From a virus, in IMG/VR virus record IMGVR_UViG_3300027704_000008, positions 1 to 64,000 of that record: a DNA stretch of 64,000 nucleotides, one strand, 5' to 3'. A program made the translations under genes and the position numbers. Numbering within the stretch: the first letter of the stretch is position 1; every line of letters begins with the position of its first letter. The notes below the pieces were generated by a model, which ran no database searches, had not been told where the DNA came from, and saw only the letters and a list, made by a program, of their open reading frames with translations. This document shows positions 46,611 to 58,183 of the stretch, piece by piece.

Positions 46611-48491
46611 ATGACAAAACAAATAATAAACACAGGAGAGCAGGCCAACGATGGTACTGGGGACTCTCTACGTCAAGCCTCCGAAAAGATTAATCAAAAC
46701 TTTGACGAGCTGTATACTCGCACGGCTTCCGAAGCGGCTGGATCCACTGTCACCGGATTGTCAGCTGAACGAATTGCCAGTCTCGATGGGTACATATCCA
46801 CAATCGACAATAACGTCGGCGGAATTGCGATTGGTTTTGATAGCGCGGGGCACGTTCCTTACTATAAACATCCTCTCAGCATTTTTACCAGGGACTCTGC
46901 CCACAATCCCGCGCTTAACTACTCCCTTCCAGCCGGGTTTGGTCACGATTCTCCCGGCGCCGTTTACACTTCGATGCTTAATGCACACGGATATGTGGGG
47001 GCCGGGCACACGATTGCTTTAGGAAACACTAACCCCTCAATTGGGTTTTCCAATAGTATCGAAGGCCCCATCGGTTCGTTCGTCGGCGCCACTGCACTTG
47101 CAGCCGATATAGGATTAATTACCACAGACAACCGAACTCTCGCCGGGACGCTGGACAGTGATGTCAACGCTGGCGATTTGAATATTTCAGCAGACAGAGT
47201 GGTATTCAACACGGGGACACGGTTTGCCAATATCAGATCTTCGCTGGGGACAGCAATGATAATTGATGCTAACGCCGACGTGACGATTTCCAAAAAGCTA
47301 GGAATTGGTGATACAATTAACCCGTCCGTCCAACTGCATGTAACAAAAATCAACATGGACAGTGATATGGGATTGCCGACTCCCAACAATACAACGGTCG
47401 CGGTATTCGAGAGGGAAATTCGATCTGACATTCAGGTATCGGGCGCGCTGAGTTCGGGTATTCAATTTGGATCTGCTATAAGCAATAAACCGGGGGGCAT
47501 TGTTTACACTCACTTAGACAACAACATGCGGTTTAGTACTGATCATTCTGAAGCTATGAGGATTGATGCAGAAGGGCGAGTTGGTGTAGGATCGGCCCCC
47601 ACAGAAAGACTGCACGTTAATGGTAGAATAAGAATTGGTAACCCTGGATCGATAATATTTGATCCACAGGACATACAAACGCCCGCTTTTCCTTCACACA
47701 TTAATCTATTCAACAACACATACGGATTTGGCGTAAGATCAGGATACGACTCAGATGGTGTATACAGTGGATCCCTAGAAGTGTGTAGTGAGCAAGACAT
47801 TAGGTTTAGTCGAGATGGTATCCAACAAGGTATTATGGATAGCGCTGGCACTCTCACTATGTTGGGCGGTTTCGTTGGAACTTCTTTATCCGGAGATGGC
47901 ACTAACGTGACTAGTGTGCGGGATGGTTTGATGCATAAAGTTGGACAATTTGCGCCCGTTGATGGAGTTATAACTATCCCAATACCTGCATATGGCCTGG
48001 CGCTGTCCGGTTTTGATCCCCATTATGATCGAGCTTATATCAGAGGATTGTTGCGGAGCTCAGACTCAGCTTCCCCCAGCAATGTAATTATTGAATTCAA
48101 TGGCGATTCAGCGGTAGGTCGATACCATTCACAAAGCAACGCTGTATATAATGGTGCCTCTATTATAACCGAAACCAACACTAATAAAATTGCGTCTGCT
48201 CCAGGGTTGGGTTCTGGGCTGACTACCACATTCCTCAACGGCACCGTTGATATTAAACTGGAGGGATTTGCTAATGCTTTCAATAAATACAAGACAGCAA
48301 GAACTGAGTATCACACATATAACGTTGACGATGGTCAAGAGATAGGATCGACCGCAGTTGTGTGGAATGATAGCGCTGGAACGTTTGGCGGTGGCTTGAC
48401 CCAAATAACTTCCATTCGCATTAAAGGGAAGGGTCTACAAGACTCCGATTATCCACTGGTCGGCTCTTTATCGCTGTATATGGAACAATAA
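46611..48491 (+). CDS. gp9/gp10-like baseplate-anchored fibre protein
   Basis: IINTG..ANDGTGDSLR.A..KINQNFDELY anchor; EAMRID..GRVGVG..P...LHV fibre repeats. Confidence 0.8.
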   Translation: MTKQIINTGEQANDGTGDSLRQASEKINQNFDELYTRTASEAAGSTVTGLSAERIASLDGYISTIDNNVGGIAIGFDSAGHVPYYKHPLSIFTRDSAHNPALNYSLPAGFGHDSPGAVYTSMLNAHGYVGAGHTIALGNTNPSIGFSNSIEGPIGSFVGATALAADIGLITTDNRTLAGTLDSDVNAGDLNISADRVVFNTGTRFANIRSSLGTAMIIDANADVTISKKLGIGDTINPSVQLHVTKINMDSDMGLPTPNNTTVAVFEREIRSDIQVSGALSSGIQFGSAISNKPGGIVYTHLDNNMRFSTDHSEAMRIDAEGRVGVGSAPTERLHVNGRIRIGNPGSIIFDPQDIQTPAFPSHINLFNNTYGFGVRSGYDSDGVYSGSLEVCSEQDIRFSRDGIQQGIMDSAGTLTMLGGFVGTSLSGDGTNVTSVRDGLMHKVGQFAPVDGVITIPIPAYGLALSGFDPHYDRAYIRGLLRSSDSASPSNVIIEFNGDSAVGRYHSQSNAVYNGASIITETNTNKIASAPGLGSGLTTTFLNGTVDIKLEGFANAFNKYKTARTEYHTYNVDDGQEIGSTAVVWNDSAGTFGGGLTQITSIRIKGKGLQDSDYPLVGSLSLYMEQ

Positions 48492-48538
48492 TATGAACCT
48501 AAATAAACCCGATAACAAGTTAATGAGAATCCAATAAC

Positions 48539-49972
48539 ATGCCAGCTATAATTACAGATTCGCTGAGGCGAAGGGTTATATCGCAGCTCGTCGCCGATAT
48601 AAGTGACACAACCAATAATCATTATTACATTGCTATCGGTCGAGGAGAAATTTGGGACGCTCAGGATACTATTCCAACCCCCTCCAACTCGGTGCGCGAT
48701 GTGCGGCTCATGCAGAATTCAATGCAGTCTATGATACAGGTTGCTGCGCACTCACAAGTTGTACCTAGAAACAACTGGGCAAACAACTCGTTGTACTCCA
48801 GTTACGATGATGCTACTGTTGAATATCCAATCCATCCTTATTATGTGTTATCTGACGTCAACCGTGTGTACCTCTGTATAAGGCAGGGAACGGATACCTT
48901 AGGAACGACAATCCTTTCCACAGTCCAGCCGACTGGCGTTAGCGTCAATCCATTCGAGACAGGCGATGGTTATATATGGAAATTTTGTTATTCATTAAAC
49001 TCGGTAGATGCCAATAATTTTCTTGCGGCTAACTTTTTCCCCGTACAATATATAGACACTGCTGCGGGAGCGGAAGCGGGTGCCCTTGGGTCGGTGATTG
49101 AACAGGCCACTATCCACAATACAGCAGTCCCTGGTCAGATAAACACTATCCAGGTGACCAATGGGGGATCGGGATACACCTCTGTGCCTGACATCGCTAT
49201 TTTGGGTGATGGTACAGGAGCGCAAGCAACAGCTTTTATATCCAACGGCACGGTTGTTAAAATCGATATTGACGACAGCGCTGGCGTCGCATTCGGCGCT
49301 GGATCTAAAATGGGATCGGGGTATAACTTTGCTAGCGTAGCAATTACTGGGGGTGGCGTTTCAGCCGGAGCTGCTGGCCAGGCAATAGCAAGGGCCACGA
49401 TATCACCAAAACTTGGATTTGGATATGATCCCACAGAAGACTTAAAGGCAACATCTTTAATGTTCGCGGCCAAGCCCTCTGGGTCTCAAAATAATGACTT
49501 TGTCATAGGAAACGATTTCAGACAAGTTGCGTTGGTTCGTAACCCCAAACAATGGATTTCTGCTGATTCGGATTATACAGATGGGACGGGAACGTGTTTG
49601 AAGTATTTGACGTTCTCAACAGTTAGCCAACCTTTCTCACCTGATGCAATTATTTTGGGTGGCAACTCGGGTGCCAAGGCTATAGTAGATACAGTGGTGG
49701 GAAGTAATCTATACTACCACCAGGACGAAACTACTGGATTTGCGGACTTCAACGTTGGTGAGTCTGTATCTGAAACTACAGGTAACGGATCTGGACAGTT
49801 ATTCGGCCAGATGGTTTATACTCTTCCTGATGGCAGTACAGTATCTGGGGCCAAATTCATTCCACCAGATATAAATCCACGCAGTGGTGATTTATTATTC
49901 CTCGACAATCGTGGGGCGGTGGTTCGGTCCGCTGAACAAACAGAAGACATTAAAATAATAGTTAAGGTGTAA
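48539..49972 (+). CDS. 8: Baseplate wedge subunit gp8
   Basis: MPAIITD, YYIAIGR, VVPR.NW, VYLC, DGYIWKF.Y, DFRQVAL, SGDLLFLDNR, QTEDIKI. Confidence 0.92.
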   Translation: MPAIITDSLRRRVISQLVADISDTTNNHYYIAIGRGEIWDAQDTIPTPSNSVRDVRLMQNSMQSMIQVAAHSQVVPRNNWANNSLYSSYDDATVEYPIHPYYVLSDVNRVYLCIRQGTDTLGTTILSTVQPTGVSVNPFETGDGYIWKFCYSLNSVDANNFLAANFFPVQYIDTAAGAEAGALGSVIEQATIHNTAVPGQINTIQVTNGGSGYTSVPDIAILGDGTGAQATAFISNGTVVKIDIDDSAGVAFGAGSKMGSGYNFASVAITGGGVSAGAAGQAIARATISPKLGFGYDPTEDLKATSLMFAAKPSGSQNNDFVIGNDFRQVALVRNPKQWISADSDYTDGTGTCLKYLTFSTVSQPFSPDAIILGGNSGAKAIVDTVVGSNLYYHQDETTGFADFNVGESVSETTGNGSGQLFGQMVYTLPDGSTVSGAKFIPPDINPRSGDLLFLDNRGAVVRSAEQTEDIKIIVKV

Positions 49973-49983
49973 TTGGATACTAT

Positions 49984-52900
49984 ATGACAAACTTCAATAT
50001 TTATGGCGGGGAAACAGTTCTCCCAATCCCAACAACATCCGATAATCCTTTAATAGATAACTTATTTCGATCTACATATAAGGATGATTTTTCAGACAGC
50101 GCTGGATACCATCGAGTTTTGTTTAACTCTGGCAAAGCCATTCAGGCTCGAGAGTTAACGCAGCTCCAGACTATTATTCAAAGGGAAATCTCTAGGTTTG
50201 GTAATAATATATTCAAAGAGGGAGCCGCAGTAAACCCAGGCGGTATGACTGTAACTGCCTATGATTATGTAAAAGTAACCAGCAGCAACTGGAACAATGA
50301 CACCTCAGTTTTATTGCGGGGTGGTGTTATTACTGGTGCCAATGGAGCAGTAGCTAAAATACTGGATAAAGTCAATGCCGTAGGAGACGATCCTAATACC
50401 CTGTATATACAATATACCTCAACCCCATCCGGATCAGGTGGGTCAGATACTACAACAGCGCCCAAATTTCAGATTGATGAAGTATTGACTGTTGTAAAGC
50501 CAAATGGCGGTTCAGTAGAGTTAACCTGCGCAAACGAGGCTCCGTCCGGACAAGGATTGGTGGCATCAAGTGCTGCTGGGGATTTCTTTGTTGAAGGACA
50601 CTTCATCTTCGCTCATCCTCATTCTATTATTATCAGTAAATATAGCACAACCCCCACAGCTGTTATTGGTTTTAGAATTATTCAAGACATTGTTACGGTT
50701 GCTGATACCAATGATCTGTATGATAATCAGGGAGCCCTTCCAAACTTCACCTCGCCGGGTGCCGATCGTTATAGAATTAGACTTCAGTTAGCAGATCAAG
50801 CCACCATAGATTCTGACACAAATTTTGTATACGTTGCCAAAATTAGAGACGGGGCAATTGTTACTCAGGTCGAGGGGGATGAAGGATATAATAAGATACT
50901 AGATTTGATGGCTCTGCGAACTAAAGAAGAGTCTGGAGACTATATTGTCAAGCCATTTGATTTTAGTGTATCTCAGGATTCGGCTCTTTCTCCTGCGTTT
51001 AACGTTAAGTTATCGTCAGGGGTTGCATATGTCAATGGATATCGAGCGGAGCACTCCGACAGAGAAGTTAGGCTTTTATCTGAAAAGCCAGTAAGTGTTG
51101 TCCAAATGTCAGAAGAAACTATTCCGATCAACTATGGTAATTATGTATTATTCTCTGTCCAGAAAGGACTTCCAAATATAACTACATTCCCGACCGTTAA
51201 TTTGTATGCTTCGATTGGTGGGACAGGCACTATTATTGGAACGTGTCGGATTAGATCTGTGGCTCGGGATGGGGCGAATTATCGAGCTTACCTGTTTGAT
51301 ATTAAGATGAATGCAGGACAAAGTGCTAGATTGATTAGGAGTATAGGAACTAGCACGACGGACTATATTAATCCACTAATAGAAGCTGATTACGGTCTGC
51401 CAACGATTAGAGGGACGGCTGATCACAGTTTACTATTTCCTATGCCGCGGCTGCGCTCTAAGGTTATGGAAGATGTAGACCTGTTTGTGATGAGAGAGTT
51501 CCCGCTGACGGTGAGTGGTAACTCTGTAACAGTCTCAGTGACCGCCACCGGAGAATCATTAACCCAGACTGCCAGTTGGATCGTCGCCGCCGCTGCTGGT
51601 GATATACTATCGGGCTTTACGGTGACCGTTAATAGCTCCACGTCCATTACTCTTTCTGGAGACGGCACTACTTTACCCAACGGCGCCACCACCATTATGG
51701 CTATTGTAAAAGTGGGCGCCGGCACAGTACGATCTAAAACTTTAACCTCAGCCACAGTAGCGGTAGGATTGGACAGCGATGGGTCTGGCAATAAGTGGGT
51801 ACCTCTAAACCGTGCTGATATATTCTCGGTTGATAGGGTGCGACTGGTAGACAGCGATGGTACAGAAGATAAGGCAAGTTTGTTTGATCTGGATAATGGT
51901 CAACGGGACAACTTTTATAGTCTTGGGCGATTGCTCCTAAAGCCTGGACAGTCAGCGCCGTCTGGGAATATTTTTGCTAGGTTTACTCACTTTGCTCATG
52001 GAGCCGGAGACTTCTTCGCTATTAACTCTTATGCGGCAGGTCCAAATTACGCTGATGTTCCAAAATTTAGAAAGAATACTGCCGAAACCGTCAACCTAAG
52101 AGACGTGTTAGACTTTAGGCCCGTCCAAGATTCAAACGGACAATACCCTGCTGCCAACATTAACCAGTTGCCGTTATCTGGAACGCTGGTAACATCCGAC
52201 ACCACATATTATCAGGGGCGCAAAGATACAATTGTTATTAACGAAAAGGGCGTGGTGTCCATTATTAAAGGAAACGAATCCCTCGCCCCCCAGTTTCCGG
52301 ACACGAACTCCATGACTGGAGTTCTTCCGTTGTATAATGTTGAAATGAACCCCAATACGTTGCACACCAACGACTTGCAAGCAACACGGGTTAGGGCTAG
52401 ACATTATACTATGGCAGATATTGGTGATATAGAAGATGACCTGGTCGATCTAAAACGAACTACAGCCCTTAGCCTTCTTGAAACTAATACAGCTAATTGG
52501 CAAGTGTTCGATAGCGATGGCTTGTCAAGAACGAAATCTGGGTTCTTAGTAGATAACTTTAAAAACTACAGTATGTCAGATTTTACGGGCATCAACGGTC
52601 AGGTTAACCCGAACTATCGAGCAGTGGTCGATCCTCAGCTAGGAATGGTACGTCCATCGTTTGTAGATAATAATATAAAAATGTTTGCGGATGTGGCGGC
52701 AAACGGTAGCAATGTAGTACAGAAAGGGGATAACATATACTTAGCCTATACCCATGAAGTAGAGGTGGAACAACCAATCTGCTCGGATACTGAGAATGTT
52801 AACCCGTTTCAGGTTACGACGGGGGCAGGCAATCTGACCATTAGTCCAACAAGGGATGAATGGGCGAGTATGATAGTCCTTGCTGATGAGGATTTGCCTG

Positions 52901-55221
52901 ATGGAGAAACGGTCTGGGATACCTCTGAAGCCAAATTGTGGAACTGGGCGGCGTTTGGGTGGCACGGTGAGGCGGAGGTCGGCGCCGTTGTTCAGCGTGG
53001 AACAGGTCTTACAAACGAAGTCCGGGGGGGCCGGTGGGGGGTTGTTACAACAACAACCACTAACAGAATTGATTCCATTGATGTTGACCGCAAGTTAGTT
53101 AGCGGCAAAATTGTTGACCGTTTAACAGAAGTAGTGAAATTTTGTCGCTCTCGCCGAGTATTCTTTCAAGCTACTGGGCTTAGATCAAATACACTATTTT
53201 TTCCATTCTTAGACCATAAGGATGTTAAGGTCTGGTGTAGGATGGAGACCTCGTACCTATTAGCTGGCGACGATACTACAGACTATGGTGATCAGGGCAC
53301 AACGGCGTTATCTTCGCCATATACCTGGGGGCCGCTGACGAGTGATGCCAATGGAACTCTGACTGGTTCATTATATGTTCCTAACCAAGAATTTATTGGC
53401 GGCCTCCGGTTTAAGTCTGATGTTGATTTACCGTTTTCCTTATTGGATATTTCTATTTACAACCCCGATATAGCGACAAATCAAGCTCACGCGACATATA
53501 CGTCAAGTGGGATAATAGAGTACTGGCAAAACACCTATCAGACAACTCGCACCGTTAATATTAAAGGAACACAGACGGAGACATTTAGGGTACGGAGCAC
53601 AGATCCGTTGGCACAGTCAATTCACGTTGAAGACGGTGATGGGTATTTTGTAACTAAAGTTGATATATTCTTCGCCAGCAAGCCGGCCGAAGGCAACACA
53701 GTCGTGACGATGGAAATTAGACCTCTAGTTAATGGTGTCCCATCTTCCGAGGAATTTTTGGGATCTGTTTCTAAGGCACCATCAGCCGTCAACGTCAGTC
53801 TGGGACCCAATGTTAGCAATGTACAAGCTACACCAACCACCTTCGAGTTGGCTGAGCCCATTTATCTGTCCCCAGGACAGGGGTACGCTATTGTTCTTCT
53901 TTCAGATGCCTTAGATTACAATGTGTACGTAGCATCTCTTGCTGAGTTTGAGCTCGGATCTACTACCAAGAAAATCACAACCCAGCCTCATATGGGGTCG
54001 TTATTCTTGTCACAGAATGGCAAGACCTGGGAACCTTCGCAGAACCGAGATATGATGTTTAAGCTGTACTCTGCAAAATTTAATACAGCTGGAGGTTATC
54101 AAAAGTTTTACAATCTCAAAGTTCCTGCAATGAGTCTAAGGCGAGACCCATTCCAGATGGATAGTGGCGATAACACAGTATTCGTTCAGCATCCGAATAA
54201 CGGTTTCAAGACGGGTCGAGCGGATACGGTTACTATTAGTCGGTTCCTGCCAGCTGGCGGCGCCTCAGCGGAAGCGGCACTGTATAATAATGTAACGTTT
54301 GGAGGCATGACGTGGGCCGGGTCTATTGAGGGCACACATACTGTTACTCGTGCCGATGGTCACGGGTATTTCTTTGAGGCGGATTCTGCTGCAACCTCAA
54401 CCGGACAATTCGGTGGGACTGGCATGATGGCAACACACAATGCAATGTTTGATATTATCCGACCCGAGATCACAAATATGAATTTTCCCAAAACCTCACT
54501 GTTGTTCGAATCAAAGCTGACCAACGGTAGTTCAATGGCCGGGCAGATAGGATCTTACGCGGTAAAGGATACCTCTTACTCTCCTTTGGATAACCAGCGG
54601 TGGAATTATTTCCAGTCTCCCAAAGTAATACTAGCGAGTGATGTAGGTGGGGCTAACGGCGCCCAAGCGTTTGGCGCCAGGTCAATAGATTTGCAGGTTA
54701 CGTTATCAACTACTAGCGACAAAGTGTCCCCTGTAATTGATTTGCAAAACGCTTCAATGACCTATCTTAACAATATTATTGATCGTCCCGACGCGACTGC
54801 AACAGTTGGATTTAATGCTTCGGTTTCCCCCGCAAAGTTTGTTCCTGAGACCAGTCCAACTGGAGGCTCGACGTTAGCTAAACACATCACTTCTCCGGTT
54901 GTCCTTGCTCAGGATGCCGTTGGTATTAATGTTTTCTTGGCCGTCATGAGGCCATCAGTAACAGAGTTATTCTTATACTACAGGGTAGCTGGAGATGGTG
55001 ATGTATTGAGTGATCAGTCATGGATTAAGCATGATGCAACGGTTGATCCCGGACCATCAGAAAGCCCTAATGATTTCAGAGAGTATGAATATCTGATAGG
55101 AGGGCAGAATGGAGAAATGCTTCCATTCACCGAGTTCCAGCTGAAGATTGTATTCACTTCAACAAACTCGGTATTTGTGCCAATGGTAAGAGACCTTCGC
55201 GCCATAGCGCTGGCCGTATAA
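49984..55221 (+). CDS. Large VrlC-like (DUF4815-type) virion structural protein
   Basis: Y.DDF....YHRVLF.SG..QARELTQLQTIIQ, PGADRY, RT.EESGDY, YTMADIG, KSGFLVDNF, DPLAQS, GSLFLSQN, DLRAIALA. Confidence 0.88.
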   Translation: MTNFNIYGGETVLPIPTTSDNPLIDNLFRSTYKDDFSDSAGYHRVLFNSGKAIQARELTQLQTIIQREISRFGNNIFKEGAAVNPGGMTVTAYDYVKVTSSNWNNDTSVLLRGGVITGANGAVAKILDKVNAVGDDPNTLYIQYTSTPSGSGGSDTTTAPKFQIDEVLTVVKPNGGSVELTCANEAPSGQGLVASSAAGDFFVEGHFIFAHPHSIIISKYSTTPTAVIGFRIIQDIVTVADTNDLYDNQGALPNFTSPGADRYRIRLQLADQATIDSDTNFVYVAKIRDGAIVTQVEGDEGYNKILDLMALRTKEESGDYIVKPFDFSVSQDSALSPAFNVKLSSGVAYVNGYRAEHSDREVRLLSEKPVSVVQMSEETIPINYGNYVLFSVQKGLPNITTFPTVNLYASIGGTGTIIGTCRIRSVARDGANYRAYLFDIKMNAGQSARLIRSIGTSTTDYINPLIEADYGLPTIRGTADHSLLFPMPRLRSKVMEDVDLFVMREFPLTVSGNSVTVSVTATGESLTQTASWIVAAAAGDILSGFTVTVNSSTSITLSGDGTTLPNGATTIMAIVKVGAGTVRSKTLTSATVAVGLDSDGSGNKWVPLNRADIFSVDRVRLVDSDGTEDKASLFDLDNGQRDNFYSLGRLLLKPGQSAPSGNIFARFTHFAHGAGDFFAINSYAAGPNYADVPKFRKNTAETVNLRDVLDFRPVQDSNGQYPAANINQLPLSGTLVTSDTTYYQGRKDTIVINEKGVVSIIKGNESLAPQFPDTNSMTGVLPLYNVEMNPNTLHTNDLQATRVRARHYTMADIGDIEDDLVDLKRTTALSLLETNTANWQVFDSDGLSRTKSGFLVDNFKNYSMSDFTGINGQVNPNYRAVVDPQLGMVRPSFVDNNIKMFADVAANGSNVVQKGDNIYLAYTHEVEVEQPICSDTENVNPFQVTTGAGNLTISPTRDEWASMIVLADEDLPDGETVWDTSEAKLWNWAAFGWHGEAEVGAVVQRGTGLTNEVRGGRWGVVTTTTTNRIDSIDVDRKLVSGKIVDRLTEVVKFCRSRRVFFQATGLRSNTLFFPFLDHKDVKVWCRMETSYLLAGDDTTDYGDQGTTALSSPYTWGPLTSDANGTLTGSLYVPNQEFIGGLRFKSDVDLPFSLLDISIYNPDIATNQAHATYTSSGIIEYWQNTYQTTRTVNIKGTQTETFRVRSTDPLAQSIHVEDGDGYFVTKVDIFFASKPAEGNTVVTMEIRPLVNGVPSSEEFLGSVSKAPSAVNVSLGPNVSNVQATPTTFELAEPIYLSPGQGYAIVLLSDALDYNVYVASLAEFELGSTTKKITTQPHMGSLFLSQNGKTWEPSQNRDMMFKLYSAKFNTAGGYQKFYNLKVPAMSLRRDPFQMDSGDNTVFVQHPNNGFKTGRADTVTISRFLPAGGASAEAALYNNVTFGGMTWAGSIEGTHTVTRADGHGYFFEADSAATSTGQFGGTGMMATHNAMFDIIRPEITNMNFPKTSLLFESKLTNGSSMAGQIGSYAVKDTSYSPLDNQRWNYFQSPKVILASDVGGANGAQAFGARSIDLQVTLSTTSDKVSPVIDLQNASMTYLNNIIDRPDATATVGFNASVSPAKFVPETSPTGGSTLAKHITSPVVLAQDAVGINVFLAVMRPSVTELFLYYRVAGDGDVLSDQSWIKHDATVDPGPSESPNDFREYEYLIGGQNGEMLPFTEFQLKIVFTSTNSVFVPMVRDLRAIALAV

Positions 55222-55439
55222 TGTCTAATCTAATTCCAGTCGAAGGTAATGGAAATTTCGCAAGGGATCCGGTTTCTGGCGCGGTGCTTAATATAAATAC
55301 CGCAGAGGTATATCAAGCGAGACTACGCAAGGCGGCTAGGAAACGGGCCATCCTTGCCAATGACAATCGCATCCAAGAGATAAGCGATCGAATGGACTCA
55401 CTTGACCATAAACTAAATTTGATACTAGAGAAGCTATAA
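55221..55439 (+). CDS. Small conserved protein following the VrlC-like gene
   Basis: VEG....RDP.SGAVLNIN followed by a coiled coil; contains TATAAATA at 55292-55299. Confidence 0.75.
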   Translation: MSNLIPVEGNGNFARDPVSGAVLNINTAEVYQARLRKAARKRAILANDNRIQEISDRMDSLDHKLNLILEKL

Positions 55440-56818
55440 TGGCCATAGAAATTGTAAACAATCAAGATACTATTGATAACTTCAAGACGAAAGTTAATCG
55501 TCTGTCAAACCTTATTGGCGACTTATCTCAACTCGACACAAAAGATAGTAATGTGATGGATGCGATTAATCGTATTGATTTGACGGCGGCTACGACTGTA
55601 CTTGTAGATCGAATGAATGCGGATTCAGCGGCGCTGGTGGCATATAGAGTTCTCCAAGATTCCGCTACAGCAGCTGATACACTAGCCAGTGTCGCTGGTG
55701 ATAGTGCCAACCTAGCTCTTATAAACGCTAACATTGCTACATTGGCAAAAAGAGATAGCGCTGGTTATATTAAAGACTTAAACTTTACTCATGCCATGCT
55801 AAGCTCTGTCGTAGCAAACCAACACATTGACTGGACCACCGACCAAGGCGGTACCAATATTCACACAGGCAACTATACCAACTCCCAGTCCACCTACGCC
55901 TCTATTCACTCCGGCTTGACCGGCGCGAGTTTGTCAACACAGTCCGGCGCAACCGTAGTAAGTTCGATCACTGTAAATACCAAAGGTCACCTTGTAACGA
56001 CACCGGGAACACGTGAGTTAACCCCAGCTAATATTGGTGCTTTGGCTAGCAATGGAACAGCAGATCAAGCTAACGGGCTGAAAGATGAGAACAGTGATTA
56101 TAGGACTGCTGACTATCTCAGCACTGCCAATACAATTGTGCGGCGCAACGCTGATGAATATATTAGAGTGAACGGAGTTATCTTGGATGCCGCCTACAGC
56201 CAAGCCGTTACCACACCCACAAGCTTTGTCACATTGAACGCCTCCGGCGACGCTAGACACCTTAAAGAGACAACCGTAGCTAACGCAAAAACAACACTAG
56301 CGGCCGATGGGTTTGATGTACCAGCCGGGGAAACTTTGGGTGTGGGTAGTTCCGGGTGGATGCAAACTAACAACACTAACAACGCATGGTTAAGATCTCA
56401 AGGTTCCGCACCAGTATATGTGGATGTTAACATCAGCTCTGGTACGAGAGATTGGCAGGGAGCAGACGCAGTCGGGATTGCAACTAACGGCGACATTGCT
56501 GCAGGTTGGTCCGACATGAGGCTGAAGACAAAGGTAGGTGAACTAGATAATGCTCTAGAAAAAGTTTGTTCTTTATCTGGCTTTCTATATCAGTCCAGCG
56601 ATCTTGCTCTAGAATATGACTTGCCCCCCAAGGATGTCATTAAGGTGGGACTATCCGCTCAAGAGGTGCAGAAGGTTCTGCCCCAAGTTGTTAGTGGTGC
56701 ACCAATGAACATTGACCATGGAACAGACTTTCTGAATGTGGACTATGCTAAAATGGTACCTCTTCTCATAGAAGCAATAAAGGAGCTAAAAGACCAGGTC
56801 GATAGGATTAAAGCATAA
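55439..56818 (+). CDS. Tail fibre with a C-terminal intramolecular chaperone (peptidase S74)
   Basis: Coiled-coil N-terminus; SDMRLKT...ALEKV..L.G...GLSAQEV..VLP.VV...VDYAKMVPLLIEAIKEL. Confidence 0.88.
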   Translation: MAIEIVNNQDTIDNFKTKVNRLSNLIGDLSQLDTKDSNVMDAINRIDLTAATTVLVDRMNADSAALVAYRVLQDSATAADTLASVAGDSANLALINANIATLAKRDSAGYIKDLNFTHAMLSSVVANQHIDWTTDQGGTNIHTGNYTNSQSTYASIHSGLTGASLSTQSGATVVSSITVNTKGHLVTTPGTRELTPANIGALASNGTADQANGLKDENSDYRTADYLSTANTIVRRNADEYIRVNGVILDAAYSQAVTTPTSFVTLNASGDARHLKETTVANAKTTLAADGFDVPAGETLGVGSSGWMQTNNTNNAWLRSQGSAPVYVDVNISSGTRDWQGADAVGIATNGDIAAGWSDMRLKTKVGELDNALEKVCSLSGFLYQSSDLALEYDLPPKDVIKVGLSAQEVQKVLPQVVSGAPMNIDHGTDFLNVDYAKMVPLLIEAIKELKDQVDRIKA

Positions 56819-57948
56819 TGGCGTATGGGTATAACGGGTATTATCACATGAGGCTGAATCCAGGGGGTCAGCGTCAGGATGGAAGTACAGCAATATTCCT
56901 AGGGAAAGGTGAAGACCGAGTAGCTTGGGGCATTCACTACCATATGAGAAATAGAAATCCAGCCAGCCCAGTGTCAGGTGTCGGCCGCGCTGGGACGCCA
57001 GGCCAGCCCTCCCTGTCCACGCCGGCTGGGCCGGCCGGACCAGCTTTTTTTACTCTAGCGAATACCCAGACAGATCGAAATTATGTATCTCTACGGCAAC
57101 TCTACAATCCAGTTGATCCGCAAGGGATGGTCCAGTATTCTGCCTCTTCGGCGGCGGGAATAACCAACCTTGTCAGCTTTAAACACTACCCCAGCAGCGC
57201 CGACATGGGGCCAAAATATCAAACTAGCGCTATCAACACATATGCTTTGATCCCGGCCATACTCAATAGTACTGCAGATGAAGCAGTGATTACTCCATAT
57301 GGGGATCCCGAGATGAACTACAACGTGTTTGGCGGTTACGGTGTCCTTCGAAGAAGGCAGTATCTGGCATATTCACATCAGGGGTACGTTGCTGGTGGCC
57401 TGTACGGGTGGGTATCGGCTGCAGCTCTCTTTGCTAGCAGAAACCTCACCGCCCCACCCACCAAGACTAACGCCACACTGGGCCTTCCTGGAGGGTCAGC
57501 CCAGACCCCTACGTGGTCCGGTAATATGGATGGATACTCCATTAATGGCAACACCCCTCAATCAATTGAGAGTGCTTCTTATTCCGATAAATCCTTGCGC
57601 AAAAACGGCACCGGCGATTATATATCTAAAGCAGCTTTAATTGAAACTCGATATAGGCAGACGCAGAAAAAAACGCAGCGCAGTGGTTTCACCATATCAC
57701 ACTTTTGCGGATACGTGGATCAGTTTTTTGAGATATACGCTTCAAGGGACTATGTGGCCCGAACCACGTTGCTGAATAAGCGGGTGCCCGCATCGGGGGA
57801 AATCCGTATGAGTCATTTCTATGGTTCGGGCAATGCCGCCTTCCATCATCCAAAGGACTATGCCCAGTCCAGCGCCGGTATTGGATCCATCGCGGGGCAG
57901 ACGGCGTATAGCCCTGGTCCAATCGATGGCGATGGGCAGGGGATATAA
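56818..57948 (+). CDS. Putative tail fibre tip or adhesin-associated protein
   Basis: Follows the S74 fibre; Gly/Tyr-rich; VPASGEIRMSHFYG motif. Confidence 0.5.
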   Translation: MAYGYNGYYHMRLNPGGQRQDGSTAIFLGKGEDRVAWGIHYHMRNRNPASPVSGVGRAGTPGQPSLSTPAGPAGPAFFTLANTQTDRNYVSLRQLYNPVDPQGMVQYSASSAAGITNLVSFKHYPSSADMGPKYQTSAINTYALIPAILNSTADEAVITPYGDPEMNYNVFGGYGVLRRRQYLAYSHQGYVAGGLYGWVSAAALFASRNLTAPPTKTNATLGLPGGSAQTPTWSGNMDGYSINGNTPQSIESASYSDKSLRKNGTGDYISKAALIETRYRQTQKKTQRSGFTISHFCGYVDQFFEIYASRDYVARTTLLNKRVPASGEIRMSHFYGSGNAAFHHPKDYAQSSAGIGSIAGQTAYSPGPIDGDGQGI

Positions 57949-58175
57949 TGATGGACGATTTTGATATTACTATAGATCACGAGAATGTTATGATGGTGGC
58001 TGGGGGAACCATGATTACGATTGATGTTTCTGGTTTGGATGGCATGACCCCCGCCAAGAAAAGAAAAGAGTTGAAAAAGCGTCGGACGGAGGCCTTGGCA
58101 AGGTACGATCGCACCAATCCGGATATTTCGGTGCAGGTAGCTCACGCTGAAAGTCATCCATCACCCAAGCTTTAG
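57948..58175 (+). CDS. Hypothetical protein
   Basis: Coupled start in the fibre operon. Confidence 0.55.
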   Translation: MMDDFDITIDHENVMMVAGGTMITIDVSGLDGMTPAKKRKELKKRRTEALARYDRTNPDISVQVAHAESHPSPKL

Positions 58176-58183
58176 GAGATATT